Shown: positions 1 through 12,836 of the stretch, in pieces
Numbering within the stretch: position 1 is the first letter of the stretch
Layout of the letters: every line of letters begins with the position of its first letter
Origin: Amoebophrya sp. A120
Taxonomy: Eukaryota; Protista; Dinoflagellata
Direction: 5' to 3'
Length of the DNA stretch: 64,000 nt
NCBI GenBank assembly: GCA_905178155.1
Contig: CAJINV010000015.1
Coordinates: forward strand, 1,336,513-1,400,512
The notes under the pieces: generated by a model
Databases searched by the model: none
What the model saw: only the letters and a program-made list of their open reading frames with translations
Told to the model about the DNA's origin: nothing
Program-made: the position numbers and the translations under genes

Positions 1-1322
1 GATATGCCCGTAGTGGAGCTTAAACCACTCGTCGAACTCCTTGAGTTTTTCCTTCACCCGTTTTTTCTCGTGGTACAGACTCGACAAGTCCATTTTATCG
101 AGTGCAAAAATGTCTGGGTCTGGAAACCTGTGATGCTGTTTGGCGAATCATGTGGACGCCTTCATTTTTGACAGCCAAGCATGACAAGTTTTGGAGTTGC
201 TATAGTGTTGCCTATCTGCATGACACACTGCGTTTCTGCATGACAAAGAAATGTGGCTTTTGTGTGGCGCGCATAACAGACTTGAGAGCCATGCTAGCTG
301 TGCATGACAAACCCTACATTCTTCCAGACCCAGACATATTTACATTTGATACATTTGCTCCACAACCGATTTGTGGTGCTGCAGATCCTTCGGGAGATTT
401 AACGCGCGGATCGCTTCCAGGAGCTTGCGTTCGCCGTCTGATATATGATAAATTTCGTTTTTTCTCGTCTTCGCAGAGGCTGTGCTATGTGTATGAAAAA
501 TTCCATGATGCGCATGACAAAATCTTCATGTAAGTATCTGTACCTCTCTTCATCTGCGTGTTCATGTCCCCACCGCCGGTATCAACCGGGCTGGTGTTGG
601 GCGGCGTTGCATTAGCCGGGTAGACGTCTGGAATACCATTGGCGACCCTGCCGCCGCTCTGCGAACCCCCGGAAGGTGGCGATATAATTCTTGCTCCCGG
701 GGTTTTGTTGTTGAGCGACGTTTGTATTGGCCTTGCCGGGTCGTACTCCAGCTTCTCTTCGTCATCTATCAAATCTTCACCAATTTGCACTTCATTCGCC
801 CAATTTTCGTTCAACGGAAAATCGGCCTGCAGCACCTGAAAGTGGTTTTGATATTTTGCACAATCAATTCTCTTTCTCGTCGTCAACTATCACGCCACGC
901 CGCGCAAGCTGCATCAGCAAGTGGTCTTCATGTCATCCGAATAAGTAGTAAAGCAACATGACGAAAAACAATACCGTTGCTATGGTGAAGTCGAGCGGCT
1001 GCGTCAAAAAACCTCCGTGGTCATCTACTGTACTAGTACCGCTTCCAAAAAAACCTTCCATGAGCCGCGATATCGAGCTGTTGATGCAGTGATCCACTTC
1101 CGACTGGGACGATGACGATGCAGAGGCGCCACTAGCACCTCCTTGGTGGAAATTCGGTCCTCCGGAAGAACCCGCTCCCCCGCCGCCTGGGACGGAAGCC
1201 GGGCTGCTTCCCGTTGTTGAAAAGCTGCCATGCTGGTGTCCTGTACTAGAACTGCTAGGAAAACTACTCCGGTGCGGGTTCGGGTGCGTGCTCGATTGCG
1301 CCGCCGAGTTGCCGGTCAGCAT
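1..1322 (-). CDS. FAM13-like coiled-coil domain protein (multi-exon, runs off the window start; 5' end uncertain)
   Basis: Joining exons across the inserts at 96-351 and ~442-533 gives ...DGERKLLEAIRALNLPKDLQHHKSVVEQMDLSSLYHEKKRVKEKLKEFDEWFKLHYGHI, which resembles the FAM13 C-terminal repeat (EKKRVK..LK..D..F...G). Upstream ORFs 485-886 and 933-1322 (hydrophobic TIATVLFFVMLLYYLF) are probable earlier exons. Confidence 0.55.
96..351. mobile_element. TIR introner, family A (TATCRRRTGCAAAAATGTCTGGGTCTGGAA)
   Basis: TIRs; 5-bp TSD CATTT. Confidence 0.9.
442..533. mobile_element. Short degenerate introner-like insert
   Basis: Interrupts the ORF; weak TIR TATATGATAAAT / ATCTTCATGTA; contains GCATGACAA. 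Confidence 0.45.
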
Positions 1323-2132
1323 CTTCGTGGCGGTGAAAAAGCTCCTGAATTATCCGGGTCGCTGCTACAAGTAGAAGCACCCCCCGAGAGCGAACAAGCG
1401 ACGGGGATATTAGGCTGCGGCGATAATTCGCGGTCACGTACGTTAGAACCAAATGCGGTCGTGGTCCGCCCTGTTCTTGCGCTGAATCAAACAAAAAGAA
1501 CTGGGTAGTGCTAGTGCGGATGTAGTCTTCAACATGAGTGGTTTTACATTTTGTAAAGCGACTTTGAAATCTTACATGGGCTGCATAGGTATTGTATGAA
1601 AAGTTCGTTTTAGAAGTGCGATCTGAAAAAACACGACATTGCGCAATTGCTTTAAGTAGTTCTATTCCTGCCCGCGGCCTAAACGAAATAGATTGTCATT
1701 GTATAGACTGAGGTACGAAGGACTTAGTCGGTTGTGAAAGAGAAGAGTCACGTCGTCTTTGGTACAGCTATTACCAGTCGTGCTTCACGTCCATAGCAAG
1801 AAACCTTACAAGAGAAACAAAGCTTTTTTTGTTCAAAATTTGAAACCAACGCACACTGAAACACCTCAAGCACAATTCTCTCAAGAAAAGAACCAACAAG
1901 ACATTGAGACGCACGAACAGTCGAGGACGTAGCGAAAGCCTGATTTGAAGTTACAGGCGAGTCTTGATCTCGCCCGGCGGGCCGGTGACCATTTTATAAA
2001 TTTGTAATTTACATGCATTTGGTTGTTGCGTTCCAAAAAGTTTTCCCCACCAAAAGTAGTACTTAGAATGCAAAAATCACGAAAATCCGTCACATTCATA
2101 TTGTCAAAGCCAGCCGCACCTTCAAAAATTGA

Positions 2133-5100
2133 TCACAGCACATGCACAAAATCCGCGTCATCAGGGAAAAAAAAATCATCCGCGGCGTCTTTCTCGTCCG
2201 AGATAAACACATCATCCAATTCGTGCGCGTCGAGGAGATCCTCAATCTCATTCGCGTAAAAGCTCTTCAAATTCACGTACTCACTTTCCGAGTCCTGCGC
2301 TGGGGACGTGGTTTTGGAGCTACAAATCGAGGAAGTGGTTGTGACGAAACTGGGATTCTTCTTGGTCAAACACGCGTCCTCGACGTCTTCGCAGAAGTCT
2401 TCTATACTGCGCATAGTCGTTAATCTTCTCAAATCTTCCTCCGAGAACATGTCACTGTAGCCGCAGGGAGGCAGGAAGTTTTCGGAGAAATAACGTAGAG
2501 CGGCTTCATTTTCAGCAGTAAGAGGAGCTTCGTCATCATCATCATTATCATCAGCAGCATCATCGCGCGGAATGTCATCCTCCTCCGTGTTCTTCACTGG
2601 AACCACTCTATCCGCAGCGGAAAAAGCGCACAGCTTTTCCTGCACGTCAATTGCAAGGAAGGACTGAGTGGTGTTCGTGTCCAAAATGCGCTGGAACTCT
2701 TGGCAGATTGTCGTGGGTTTGTCATCCTCAAAAGCAGTAGTGTCGCCACCGCTAAACTTTATTTCGTCAAGATCTTCATCTCCCGTCGAAATTTCAAATT
2801 CCACGTCCGCACAACTCCCCCCGCTCGCTGTCCCCCCTAGCGCCGACGCAGCAGCATCGCTACCGACCTGAAAGTCCATCCTGTAGTAGTCCGCGACCGC
2901 TTTCTCGATCCCGAACCCGCGGTGTTTCCCGAGGAAATACAGGGGGAGTTCCAAGAGATCGCGGTTGTAGCTCGCAGTGATATCGCCGTCCGAACCGCCG
3001 AAACTATCATCCTCCGGAACTTCGAACAAAAAATCCTCGACCAAGGGTGGCTCCAGCTTGTTCTGCCGGTTGAAGAAGAGTGTTCCTGTTGATCCTGCAC
3101 CTTGTGGTCCTGCATGAGAAGATGAACCACCCGGCAGCTCCTGGTGCGCGGCCATCGGGTTCATCATCCCATCGTGGTTCAAATAAATGTCCGAACAGAT
3201 CGTCATATTTTGGCTCTTCCACTTCCTCGGTAACACCCGGCACTGTAGCTTCATTAACTTCAAATACGGTTGCTTCGTCAAGCTGTGGTTGTTGAACCTT
3301 TTCAGGATGAAAGGCGCCTTGTAGTGAATCAGCACCTTTTTCACCCGCTCGGGCTCGTCCACACAGAGGAGGTACAACACGTCCAACAGGCATTTACAGG
3401 TCTGGATCGGCCGGGTTTTGTGGTATGCACTGCAAAAGCATCGTACTCGTATTGCGATCATGCATTACAAATCTTTTTCTTGAGGTCAATCAGCATCACA
3501 ATTTCTCACGCAGAGGAAATTTGTAATGCATTTATACGAGTACGATACTTATTTGCACAGGATATGTGGTACTCGGCGGCGAAATTACTCCAGTTCGGCG
3601 GAGATAGATATAGACCGTCATAGGATGAGTTATTTTTCGAAAGAGCAGAAACAGGTTTTGATCCCGATTTTTTCTTCCTCTTTTTCGTGGTTTTCGTTCC
3701 TTCTTTGTTCTCGTCCTGTTGCACGACCTGGTCGTCTTCGATGAATAGTGCGGCTGTAGTTGAGAAAAACTCGGACTCGGTATTATCATCTTCCCACACG
3801 ACGGGTTGTGATTTTGCTTTTGCTTCCACCTCCTCCGCCCCCGATGCTGTGGTCTCCTCCTCTTCGTCTTCGCTCGTGGTTTCCGTTTCCGTCCTGTCAG
3901 AAAAAAAAGCCTCCTTGTTCGTACGCGATGCCGCCGCAGCTGTTGAAAACTTCATTTCCATTTCGAAAATGTCGGCGATAAACGGGTTTTCAAAGGACAC
4001 CATCCTGTGCAAAAGTATCGCACTCGTACTAATTGCAATTATGCATGACAAATGTTGTCTTTAAGGTAAAACAACATGACAAATTCCAGCTCTCACGCTG
4101 AGGAAATTTGTAATGCATTTGTACGAGTGCAATATTACTTTTGCAATGCATAGAACAACTTCCGTGGTTTGTCTGCCCGGGCGTGGGGAGAAACACGCCA
4201 CCGGAAGATGTCCTTGATGAATTGTTCGCATTTATTAAACCACTCATGCTGTTGAAGCCGCTGGATGTCCCAGGTGGACCTATCGCACCAGCTCCACTAC
4301 TGTTGTTGTTAAAAGCGGAGAGGAAATCTTGGTTCAAGTATTTCAGCAAAACCAGAATTCCGTTGCTGTCAAACATGGCCTTGCTGAAAAAGGCAACCGT
4401 ATGCATTGCACAAGCATCGCACTCGTACTAGTAATCCGAGCCCTGCAAGACAAATCATTTCCCCAAGGTCAACTGGCATTACAAATTCGATTTTTTAAGC
4501 TGAGCAAGTTTGTACTGCAACTACTACTAGTCGTGCCATATGCCTTTGCATTGCATAAAACGCGTCGTTCTCCAACTTATCCAGCAGGAAAAACAGCAAC
4601 CTCGCGCAGGCGGAGGCGACGATCTCTTTTTGCTGCTTCTCCTTGGCTTCCTTGATAGGGGAGGTGGATAAATTGTTCGCGGAAAAAGAACTTCCGTTAG
4701 TCGAGCTACCGAGCTTTTTGTCATCTGCAGTTTTATTTCTCGTTCCTTCGTAGTCCTTGTCGAAGTTCAGTTCCTGCATCAAATCCACGCCCGCGGAAAA
4801 TGTCGCGGTAGAGGAGGACTTATCCACTGAAAATATGTCTGGGTCTGGAAACTTGTGATGCTGTTTGGCAAACCATGTGGACGACTTCATTGACAGCCAA
4901 GCATGACCAGTTTTGGAGTTGCTGTAGTGTTGCCTATCTGCATGACAAACTGCATTTCTGCATGACAGAGAAATGTGACTTTTGGGTGGTGCGCATGACA
5001 GACTTGAGAGCTATGCTACCTGTGCATCACAAGCCTTGCATTCTTCCAGACTCAGACATATTTGCAATGCGTAGGACTGGCAGGAGGTGAGCAGCAACCG

Positions 5101-8100
5101 CAGGAGAAAGATGCAGAAGTCGGAGAGCTGGTCAGTGGGCCCGAAGGATTGGAGCAGGATCAATGCTGGGTTGGTATCTGGTCGTTGAACAGAGGAGCTC
5201 TGTGCGCCAGCAGCAGCAGGAGTAAAACCAGTGTAGTCTTCATGCCGCCCGTTGCCATCCAGTGCCGTACCAGCCCTGTGTCGATTCGCAGAAGAAACTA
5301 GCTGCTTCTGACTACACTCCTGCTCAAGCAAGCTCTGCCTTGTAACCGGATTCTGGAGTAGTAACCCAATCTGGTACGAGGACAGCTTCACATTGTTCTT
5401 TTCTGTTGGCATGCCGGCGCCACTGAGGCTGCTATTGCAAGCACGGTCGCCGGCACCATCGGTTTTGCAGTTAAACTTCCTGCTACACACGCCGTTTTGT
5501 TCTATGTTCAAGTGTTGTGCCTTCTGTCTTTCAATGATCTCCAGCGCCTCCCGGATCGCTTTTGGCGGCTTACTCCCGCTTGGGTACTTTTCTTTTAACT
5601 TCTGTTCGTGGGTAAGAAGTGCCTGCAGGGACTGAAAATCGTATTGCTCTTGCTGATAAAAGAAATTTCGCGGTCCTGAATTATTGGTGACATGATCTTC
5701 ACCCGTGGCCGTGTCTTTACGATTTTCATCCCGATAAAAAGAGCTGGAAGAGGAGGAGGACGTCCCCACTTGTACTCCGATGGCAGGTGGAGAAGTTCGC
5801 TGATCACCCGCCATGCTTGTTATCCTGCTTAGCCTTATCCCCCTCTCCATGACCTCCAGAACTTTCGTCGTCGCCAAACAAATTTTCCGCAACGGCAGCA
5901 TGGGGTACTTCGCGGTGTCCGTCCAAATCTGCAAGAGAAAGTCGAACAATTGCCGAATGGACTTGTGTAGCAGAGTAGCGGTGGCATGTTTATCATCCTC
6001 GTCGTTGACGCGGCTGGTTTGCCGCGCTATGATCTCCGTGCTGGGAATTGTCCCAGAAGATTCCTCGTCGAGAAGGACCAGGAGCTGTTTTTCGTTTTTC
6101 ACAAATGCTAAAAATGGTGCCAAAATGGACCCTCCGTACTGGAGGTAGCAAAGGCTGCAGTCGTTGTGGGCGCCTCATCAAGAAGCCGAACGACTTAAGG
6201 TGCAGCCGAACGACGTAAGAAGCCGAACGACTTAAGAAGGCGCACTAGTTAAGAAGGCGCACTAGTTAAGAAGGCGCACTAGTTAAGAAGGCCCACTAGT
6301 TAAGAAGGCGCACTAGTTAAGAAGCCGCACTACTTAGGAAGCCGAACGAATTAAGGAGGCGCACTACTTAAGAAGCCGCACTATTTGAGAAGCCGCACTA
6401 TTTAAGAAGCCGAACGACTTAAGAAAAAGCCGAACGACTTAAGACAAAGCACGAGCGGCTGAAAGCGAAGCCGAACGACTTAAGAAGCCCGAAAGACTTA
6501 ACGGACCCGAAAGGCTTAACGGACCCGAAAGACTTAACAGACCCGAAAGCCTTAAGGGACCCGAAAGATTTACGAAGCCCGAAAGACTTAACGGACCCGA
6601 AAGACTTACGAAGCCCGAAAGACTTAAGATGAGGCCCGAAAGGCTTAAGATGAGGCCCGAAAGACTTAAGATGAGGCCCGAAAGCCTTAATAGACCAAAA
6701 AGACTTAAAGAGCGCAGCAGCCGCACCACTCAAGACTGAATTGCGCCTGCTGGTGCGTGCGCACCGGTGGACGTTTTTTCATCCCGAAAACGAAAATAAA
6801 TCAAAATCATTAATATACGTGCATGTAGACGCAGTTGAACAGCGTTTTCACGTCCCGGAACACGTCCCGCTGCTTCATTTTTGCCAGCAATTCTCGTTTA
6901 TGCATTGCAAATATGTCTGGGTCTGGAAACTTGTGATGCGGGTAGGACAATCATGATGACGCCTCAATTTGCAGCTCAGCATGACAAGTTTCTGAGTGCC
7001 TATTGTGTGTCTTCTGCATGACAAATCGCGTTTCTGCATGACAGAAAAATGGGGCTTTTGGGTAATGTGCATGACAGCCTTTGGAGTCATGCTAGCAGAG
7101 CATGACAAACCTTGGATTCTTCCAGACCCAGACATTTTTGCATTTTATATCGTTTCAGCTTCCGCACTTTCTCCAACTTTTCCATGATTCTCTGCTCTTC
7201 CGCATACAGGTCCTCGGCTTCATCAAAGAGATCCTATGGAAAGACATTTACACGACCAGCATTTTTCTTCGCAAATTCACAATGCGTCGACTTCGTGCGG
7301 CCACGACACGCTGGTGTACGTAGTAGGGGCAGCAATACAAAATGTCACAAAGACCTTGTGCCAGTGCCTCTGTAAGTAGGTATGCACGAGATAAACAACA
7401 ACTTGGCGACGTAACAGCAACAGCTGGTGGTGATGTCAAGAACAAGAGCACTTGCGATATCCGGTGCTGCTCGGCAACTGCTCTTTGGAGCCGATTCTGC
7501 TGGTGCGGTTACTACTACCACTACTACTACTGCTGCTACTGCTACTCCCGCCGACGCCACCGCCTACCTCGGCGGCCGCGACCTTCTCCGCTGGCGGTCC
7601 GAACGCCTTCAGCTGTTTCAGCTTCCTCTCCAGCCGATCGACGAGCAAAGAAAACAAACTCCATTCCACGGTCTTGGAATCGGTCAACACTCCAATCGAC
7701 CAGAAGAGCAACCGCGCCGGGGAGTCTTTTTTCGAACTGGACGAAGTAGTTTTTGCTTTGTTCTTTTTGTCTTTACCGGTCGTGATGTTCATCTCTTCGC
7801 GCGAACCGCCGCAAGCCGGGCTCGATAGTAGTTGTTGTTTTTCATCATGATGATCTGCGGAATCACGATCGTCCCCATCGGACGAATTGCTGTCCTCCGA
7901 GTTGTCCGAAGCGCGCGGACCGGGGGCGGCCACATCTTGGTTAAACACCAAAGGCCATCAACTGCAAAAATGTCTGGGTCTGGAAGAATGCCAGACTTCT
8001 CCCGCAGGTTTTCCATGACCCATGAGGTCTGGTTTGTAGGACATAGCATGACAGATTCTGTGAGAGTTCTATCATGCCTATCCCGCATGAGAAACTGCCT

Positions 8101-8269
8101 CTCGATTGAGTCAAAAGTGGACAGCTTTTGGCAATCATGCAACACAGATTTTCACGTGATTCAGATTTAGCATGACAAGTTGCATTGTTCCAGACCCAGA
8201 CACTTTTGCATTTGATAAAGCCTCCGACCGGTCGCAGAACTCGTCTAGCAGCGCCAGCCGCCGCTCCAT
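2133..8269 (-). CDS. STRIPAK component STRIP1/2 / Far11 (FAM40)-like protein, multi-exon
   Basis: Segments PLRKICLATTKVL, LLRLLLTSCQS, KQQKEIVASACARLLFFLL, VAFFSKAMFDSNGILVLLKYLNQD and VLIHYKAPFILKR...YLKLMKLQCRVLPRKWKSQNMTICSDIYL match N1221/DUF3402 motifs of Far11/STRIP. It is interrupted by introners and a repeat-containing region. Start ATG 8269 is tentative, and some joins (6150-6830, 7440-7560) are unresolved. Confidence 0.8.
3424..3564. mobile_element. TIR introner, family B (TATGCAYTGCAAAAGYATCGYACTCGTA)
   Basis: TIRs; TSD TGTGG. Confidence 0.88.
4001..4152. mobile_element. TIR introner, family B
   Basis: TIRs; degenerate TSD. Confidence 0.8.
4400..4557. mobile_element. TIR introner, family B
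   Basis: TIRs; TSD AACCG/AAACG. Confidence 0.8.
4821..5073. mobile_element. TIR introner, family A
   Basis: TIRs; TSD GGACT; internally similar to 96-351. Confidence 0.9.
6181..6710. repeat. Compound minisatellite: 17-bp units grading into 18- and 21-bp units
   Basis: AAGAAGCCGAACGACTT and AAGAAGGCGCACTAGTT units, then ACGGACCCGAAAGACTTA and AGATGAGGCCCGAAAGACTTA units. Lies inside the STRIP-like locus, probably intronic. Confidence 0.9.
6899..7149. mobile_element. TIR introner, family A
   Basis: TIRs; TSD TCGTT; removal restores KLKR|ELLAK. Confidence 0.9.
7235..7374. other. Probable non-canonical intron (degenerate introner)
   Basis: Removal joins AYLL|DLFDE on the minus strand; TAT...GTA ends, no clear TSD. 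Confidence 0.45.
7956..8217. mobile_element. TIR introner, family A
   Basis: TIRs; TSD AAGGC/AAGCC. Confidence 0.9.
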
Positions 8270-10053
8270 GATCCGTTGGGTGAGTTTGAAGACTTTCTTA
8301 TGGCGTAAGTGCAGAGCTGCTGGACGAGGTAGGGCGTATGCTTTTGGCGACAGATGTTGAAAAATGATGAGTATTAGTTGCACCCCGGCGAGGACCTACG
8401 CTAAAAGCAATCACGCAAGCACTCGCTCAAAGACCAAGTGAGAATGTAGTAAGTAGCCCGCCAGCAAGAGTAGAGTGGGTGCGGTTTTCTATCTTCCGTG
8501 CGGACGAAGTACTAGCCGAAGCGTTTGCTCTCCAACCCGGGGGACTGTTTCTTCTCTCGCGCTCTTGGTTCGAACGTGGGGCGCACGGGGGTGCCGCGCA
8601 ACAGAAGTGGCGCAGATCAGGCGCCCGGCTTCGCCAGTCTCGTTGCAAGCTAGCGGACCGCAAGAGCCTGCGCCCGCCAATTTTCCGACAAAACCCGCCC
8701 GGGGGGAAGTCGCGTGCCCCCGCGCCGCTCTTCACGCTGCCCAAATATACCAAGCCGGCAGGCGAAAGGCCGGAAAGGCCCGGGGCCGGACTCGCGCGGA
8801 GCGTGGCGCGACCGGCTCGCCGCAAGGCTCCAGAACCGCAGCCCCACCGCCCGAGATGGAGCCGGGTCTGCTGCCGCGGGCAAATTTGGGCCGCCGGGAT
8901 GCGGATTCTGTCAGGAGCACGGGAGCCGCTGGCACCGAAGCCGCCGGCCCGGCCCTCGGCCGGACCCCCTGCTTGAGTAGGGTCTAGCACCGTTGTGGGG
9001 ATGCGAACAAAAGGGGGCCCCGCTATGGATATGCAACACCGCGTCGCCCGGACTGCCCTAGTTCCAGTGCGCCAGGGAAACGGCGAAGCGCCGCCGTCGC
9101 CTTTCGTTCCCGCGCCGCAAAGGGCAGGCCGCGGGGACGCCCGGTCGCGTGCGGCCGGGCAGCGATTTCCCGCCCGGTTTTGCTTTCCCGCCGGGCCGCC
9201 CCGCCCTTTTCCGGGCCCCCTAGCCGAAGCGCGACCCTGCTTCCAGGGGCGGCAAAAGCGGACGCGGCAGGCCTGCGGCTTTTTAAGCCGTGCGTCAGGT
9301 GCCTTTCCGGCGGCTTGCGTAGGCGCCTGCGCATGGAAACGGGGCGCAATCCGACAGACATGGTCCTTTCTGGGGCGTCGACCGGCCGGATCCCGGATCA
9401 GGACCGTCCGACCATGAGAAAGTGCAATTTGTTTCCATTTTCCTAAAGGGAAACAAATATGATTGCAGTGGCTGCAGTCGGCTTTTGCAGATCATACACC
9501 TTTAAAAAGACATACTATGTGCACCCAATGGCACTTCTATGAGCTCTGAGATGGAGGGTGGGCACCAAGCTTCTCCAAGAAAAAAATTAAAAAAAATGAA
9601 ATTTGTGTGCAATTATAGAAGAATCCCAAGGGTGTGCCAAGATATGAGATGGCTGATCAAATACGTTGACAAAAGGATAGAGATGTGTCATCTACCAACT
9701 ATCTTCCGTCTGAATTTAAGGGATTTGCATCATGATAAAAATTTTTAAATTTTCTCGATTTTCTGAAATTTCTCAGAATTCCTCTTGGTGTGGTCTTGAC
9801 TAGTCGCATGGGATAAAAGATGGCCGATAAGCCCTCTAATATGCTTGATATCTGATTAGTTTTATCCTACAGGTGAAGGCCTTTCACAGAGTCACCCATT
9901 GAGAAGCTTTGGAAATTTTTGATTTTTTACAAAATAACCCAAAAAAATATAATAATATAAGGGATTTAAAATGAGCAATGAAGACTGTTCAAAAAAAGTG
10001 CACTACAGTATGAAATTTAATCTGTTTTTTTTTAAATCCTGAGGCACTGGCGC

Positions 10054-10225
10054 CTTTATTTCTTGCATGTCTAGCTTGGTGCACATTTACATTGATGTGA
10101 TGACACGAATGTGGACTACTGGCCACGCGAGAAACGATCGTCGAGCCCGCCGACGGGATACCAGCTTCGCAACGCAGACCGGAAGGCGTTTCGCACGTCG
10201 AATCCAAACACCACGGGGGAGGGCC
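10054..10225 (-). repeat. Split direct repeat B2 of element 1
   Basis: Near-identical to 17072-17243 (CTTTATTTCTTGCRTGTCTAGCTTGG...CACGGGGGAGGGCC). Confidence 0.92.
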
Positions 10226-10523
10226 GCTCTGCACACCCTCTCTGCACAAACGCCTGAAAGCTAACGAAGCTATCCCTTCTGCGGGAACGAGATCTGAGTG
10301 AGCGCCGCGATAGAACCAGAAAAGCCTGACTATCGGCACTCTATAGTCCACCTCCGTATCACCACACCGAACCACACGAACAGAGATCACCCGAGCTGCA
10401 GCTGCTGATGCTGCTACGTACTGTACACCTGTCCGCACATCGTGCTGTCAGCACATGTAACTGCACCCATTTTTTTAATAGACTCTACACAAAAATACTA
10501 ATGCACGTGTCGCGATCCAATGT

Positions 10524-12836
10524 CTAAAAATCCACTTCTTCATCTGAAGAGCGATCACCAGTACGACCTTCTTCTTGCATTACTTGCCAGGCTGCCAAGG
10601 CATCGGCCAAGTGTGACACGCCTGGGGACACATCAACTACTAACAGTTTTTTATAATAATCATCCATCCCAAAGCCATCAACAATTTCATCAAATAAATT
10701 CGGAAACAGCTTCAACAAAATTGACATTTTTTCGTCCCTGGTAGGATAATCAGCAAGATTGAAGTGCGTAGGGACGCGGGTGTTCCACGGCTTCATATCA
10801 CCTTCCGCCGCAATCGACCAAAGTTCCGCTGTAAGCCGTGTGAACACCCACTTTTGCTCCTTGCTACTTTTGCCTTGTGCTAACAAATTTTGCTGAGCAC
10901 AAGTATTATCTATGGCGTGATCAAACCTCCTCCCCTGCAGCTCCTTGAAAAAGTACCGCAATGCCAGGGGGGCAACAGCTGTTTCCAACACATTGATCGG
11001 GTACAGGCGGTAGGAGGAGTGTAGTTGTGCTGCTGTACACTGCTGTCGGACACACCTGAACCGCCCATCTTTCACCAGGACCGCCGCCAAAACTCCCTTC
11101 CGATCGCTCCACTGTGCGTCGGTGTAGAGCAGCAGGTTGCTCGAAGTCGCATCTTCAAACTGCGCACTGCGCTTGAGCGGCAAGCTCATCACATGCTTGA
11201 TGGCGTACAACGCGTTCTTCACATCTTCACACACCGCGACTTCTTCCCGTGCCAGATGCAGCCTTAACGGCTTCATGATCGGGCTTAAAGACCTATCTGC
11301 CACCGCAGCCAAGGAGAAGGTCAATCGGCCTAGCAACGCGTCGGTGGTGGTCATGTCCAAAATCAACGTGTTTATCGCAACATCACAAACCTGCACAATT
11401 TGCATCTTCTTTTGCTCGGTCAGCTGCACAGTAGGATGATCTCCTCTAACATCAAAAAGCAATCCCAATATTTCTAAAAACGCGTCCACGTTGATTTTGT
11501 CCGTCATCGCCGGCAATCCCAACATCTGCAGCAGTTCCAGGAGCACATCGCGGACCAACTCGCCTAATCCTCGCAACACAAAATTCGGGAAATCATCCAC
11601 ATAATCCTCCGAGTTGATCCCGTAGTGCTTCCTGAGCACACTCCGCAGCAGTTTCCCCGGCCTGCACCAGCCCGTGACGGAGTGTCTGCTGCCAAAGATG
11701 GCAGACACTCCCACGAAGTAAAAATACTTCCGCAGCTCGGGGTGGAAGACGAGGATGGTGTTGTAACAACGATGTTCCGGCTTCACCATCATGTTGTTGT
11801 AACACCTTGCAATGTCGAGCAAAACGACGTCGAGCTCGTTTTTTACAACATTCATGGCACGCCGGAATTTCCTGCTCGACATTTCCTCGTCCACGCTGGC
11901 AAACGCCGCCTTATCCGCAAACGCTGGCTGCTTTGCTCCTGGTTTTAACAACTCCTCACTGAGCTTCTCCTGCTGTCCGGACACGTATCTGAGAAATTCT
12001 TTCTCATACTGTTTTTCCTGCTTCCTGCTCCTCTGCAGTACTTTGCGATTGTGTCGGACAATTTTTTTACCAGCGCAGGAGGGGTCGCGCGCCACTGCCG
12101 CGCTCGCCAAAACGTCGAGTGCCGACGGTATTGGCACTCGACACGGCAGTGGCGAACACTGGTTCGCACTGCACGCCGGGTCTATCAGCCGGACTTTTTT
12201 CGCCTGGTGCCGTGGAAATCTCCGCATGCCATAATAAATGGCTTCTCGCGCAGACTTGTTGGTGCGGATATCATCTGGAACTTCATGTGGGCCGTCTAAA
12301 AGCGCGTATCCCAGTTCGGGCAACACCGCCGTCTCTTTGACGGACTTCTCCCAGACGAGACGAGTATCGTCTTCCGACCACGCCGGTTTTGCATGCGCTC
12401 CTTCTAGCACTTTGGCGACGATTTTACTGGGTTTAAAAGCGCTGGGGTCGTCGCACATGCGGTCCTTCCTTGCTCTCGGACTCCATGTCGGATCCACCTG
12501 GCGCTCTCCAATCATGGAGAGGCCATGAAGCCACACGCGCCACGCGCAGGGATCGCTGCCGTGGTATCTCTGCCCCAAGAGCTCCCACAAGCCAAGCTTC
12601 TGACAAGTCTTGGGCTTGTTGATCCTGCTGTCGATCTGCGAGAAAAGGTCTGCTGATCTCGACGCCGTTTCCTCGTGCCACCTCTTCATCTCCGCATGTG
12701 CACGCTTTATTTTGTCTTCCGACATCTGCGCCGGGTCGGGTAGTTGTTGGGCCACATCAAAGGGGTGTTCGCGCAGCATGTCGAACTCCACCCTTTTCAT
12801 AACCTTATGAACATCGAGTGCCGTGGGCAGCGGCAT
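10524..12836 (-). CDS. Reverse transcriptase / RNase H (DIRS-like pol)
   Basis: RT motifs LLDIARCYN, AIFGSRHS and EDYVDDFP; RNase H motifs LLYTDA, INVLETA, AIDNT and NLADYPTR. The MPLPT start is shared with copy 2. Confidence 0.93.
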   Translation of the reverse strand: MPLPTALDVHKVMKRVEFDMLREHPFDVAQQLPDPAQMSEDKIKRAHAEMKRWHEETASRSADLFSQIDSRINKPKTCQKLGLWELLGQRYHGSDPCAWRVWLHGLSMIGERQVDPTWSPRARKDRMCDDPSAFKPSKIVAKVLEGAHAKPAWSEDDTRLVWEKSVKETAVLPELGYALLDGPHEVPDDIRTNKSAREAIYYGMRRFPRHQAKKVRLIDPACSANQCSPLPCRVPIPSALDVLASAAVARDPSCAGKKIVRHNRKVLQRSRKQEKQYEKEFLRYVSGQQEKLSEELLKPGAKQPAFADKAAFASVDEEMSSRKFRRAMNVVKNELDVVLLDIARCYNNMMVKPEHRCYNTILVFHPELRKYFYFVGVSAIFGSRHSVTGWCRPGKLLRSVLRKHYGINSEDYVDDFPNFVLRGLGELVRDVLLELLQMLGLPAMTDKINVDAFLEILGLLFDVRGDHPTVQLTEQKKMQIVQVCDVAINTLILDMTTTDALLGRLTFSLAAVADRSLSPIMKPLRLHLAREEVAVCEDVKNALYAIKHVMSLPLKRSAQFEDATSSNLLLYTDAQWSDRKGVLAAVLVKDGRFRCVRQQCTAAQLHSSYRLYPINVLETAVAPLALRYFFKELQGRRFDHAIDNTCAQQNLLAQGKSSKEQKWVFTRLTAELWSIAAEGDMKPWNTRVPTHFNLADYPTRDEKMSILLKLFPNLFDEIVDGFGMDDYYKKLLVVDVSPGVSHLADALAAWQVMQEEGRTGDRSSDEEVDF

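Noticed and set aside
8427-9446. Overlapping Arg/Pro/Gly/Ala-rich ORFs, also at 26326-27277
   Set aside because: Expected from very high GC content; open in several frames with no recognisable domain.
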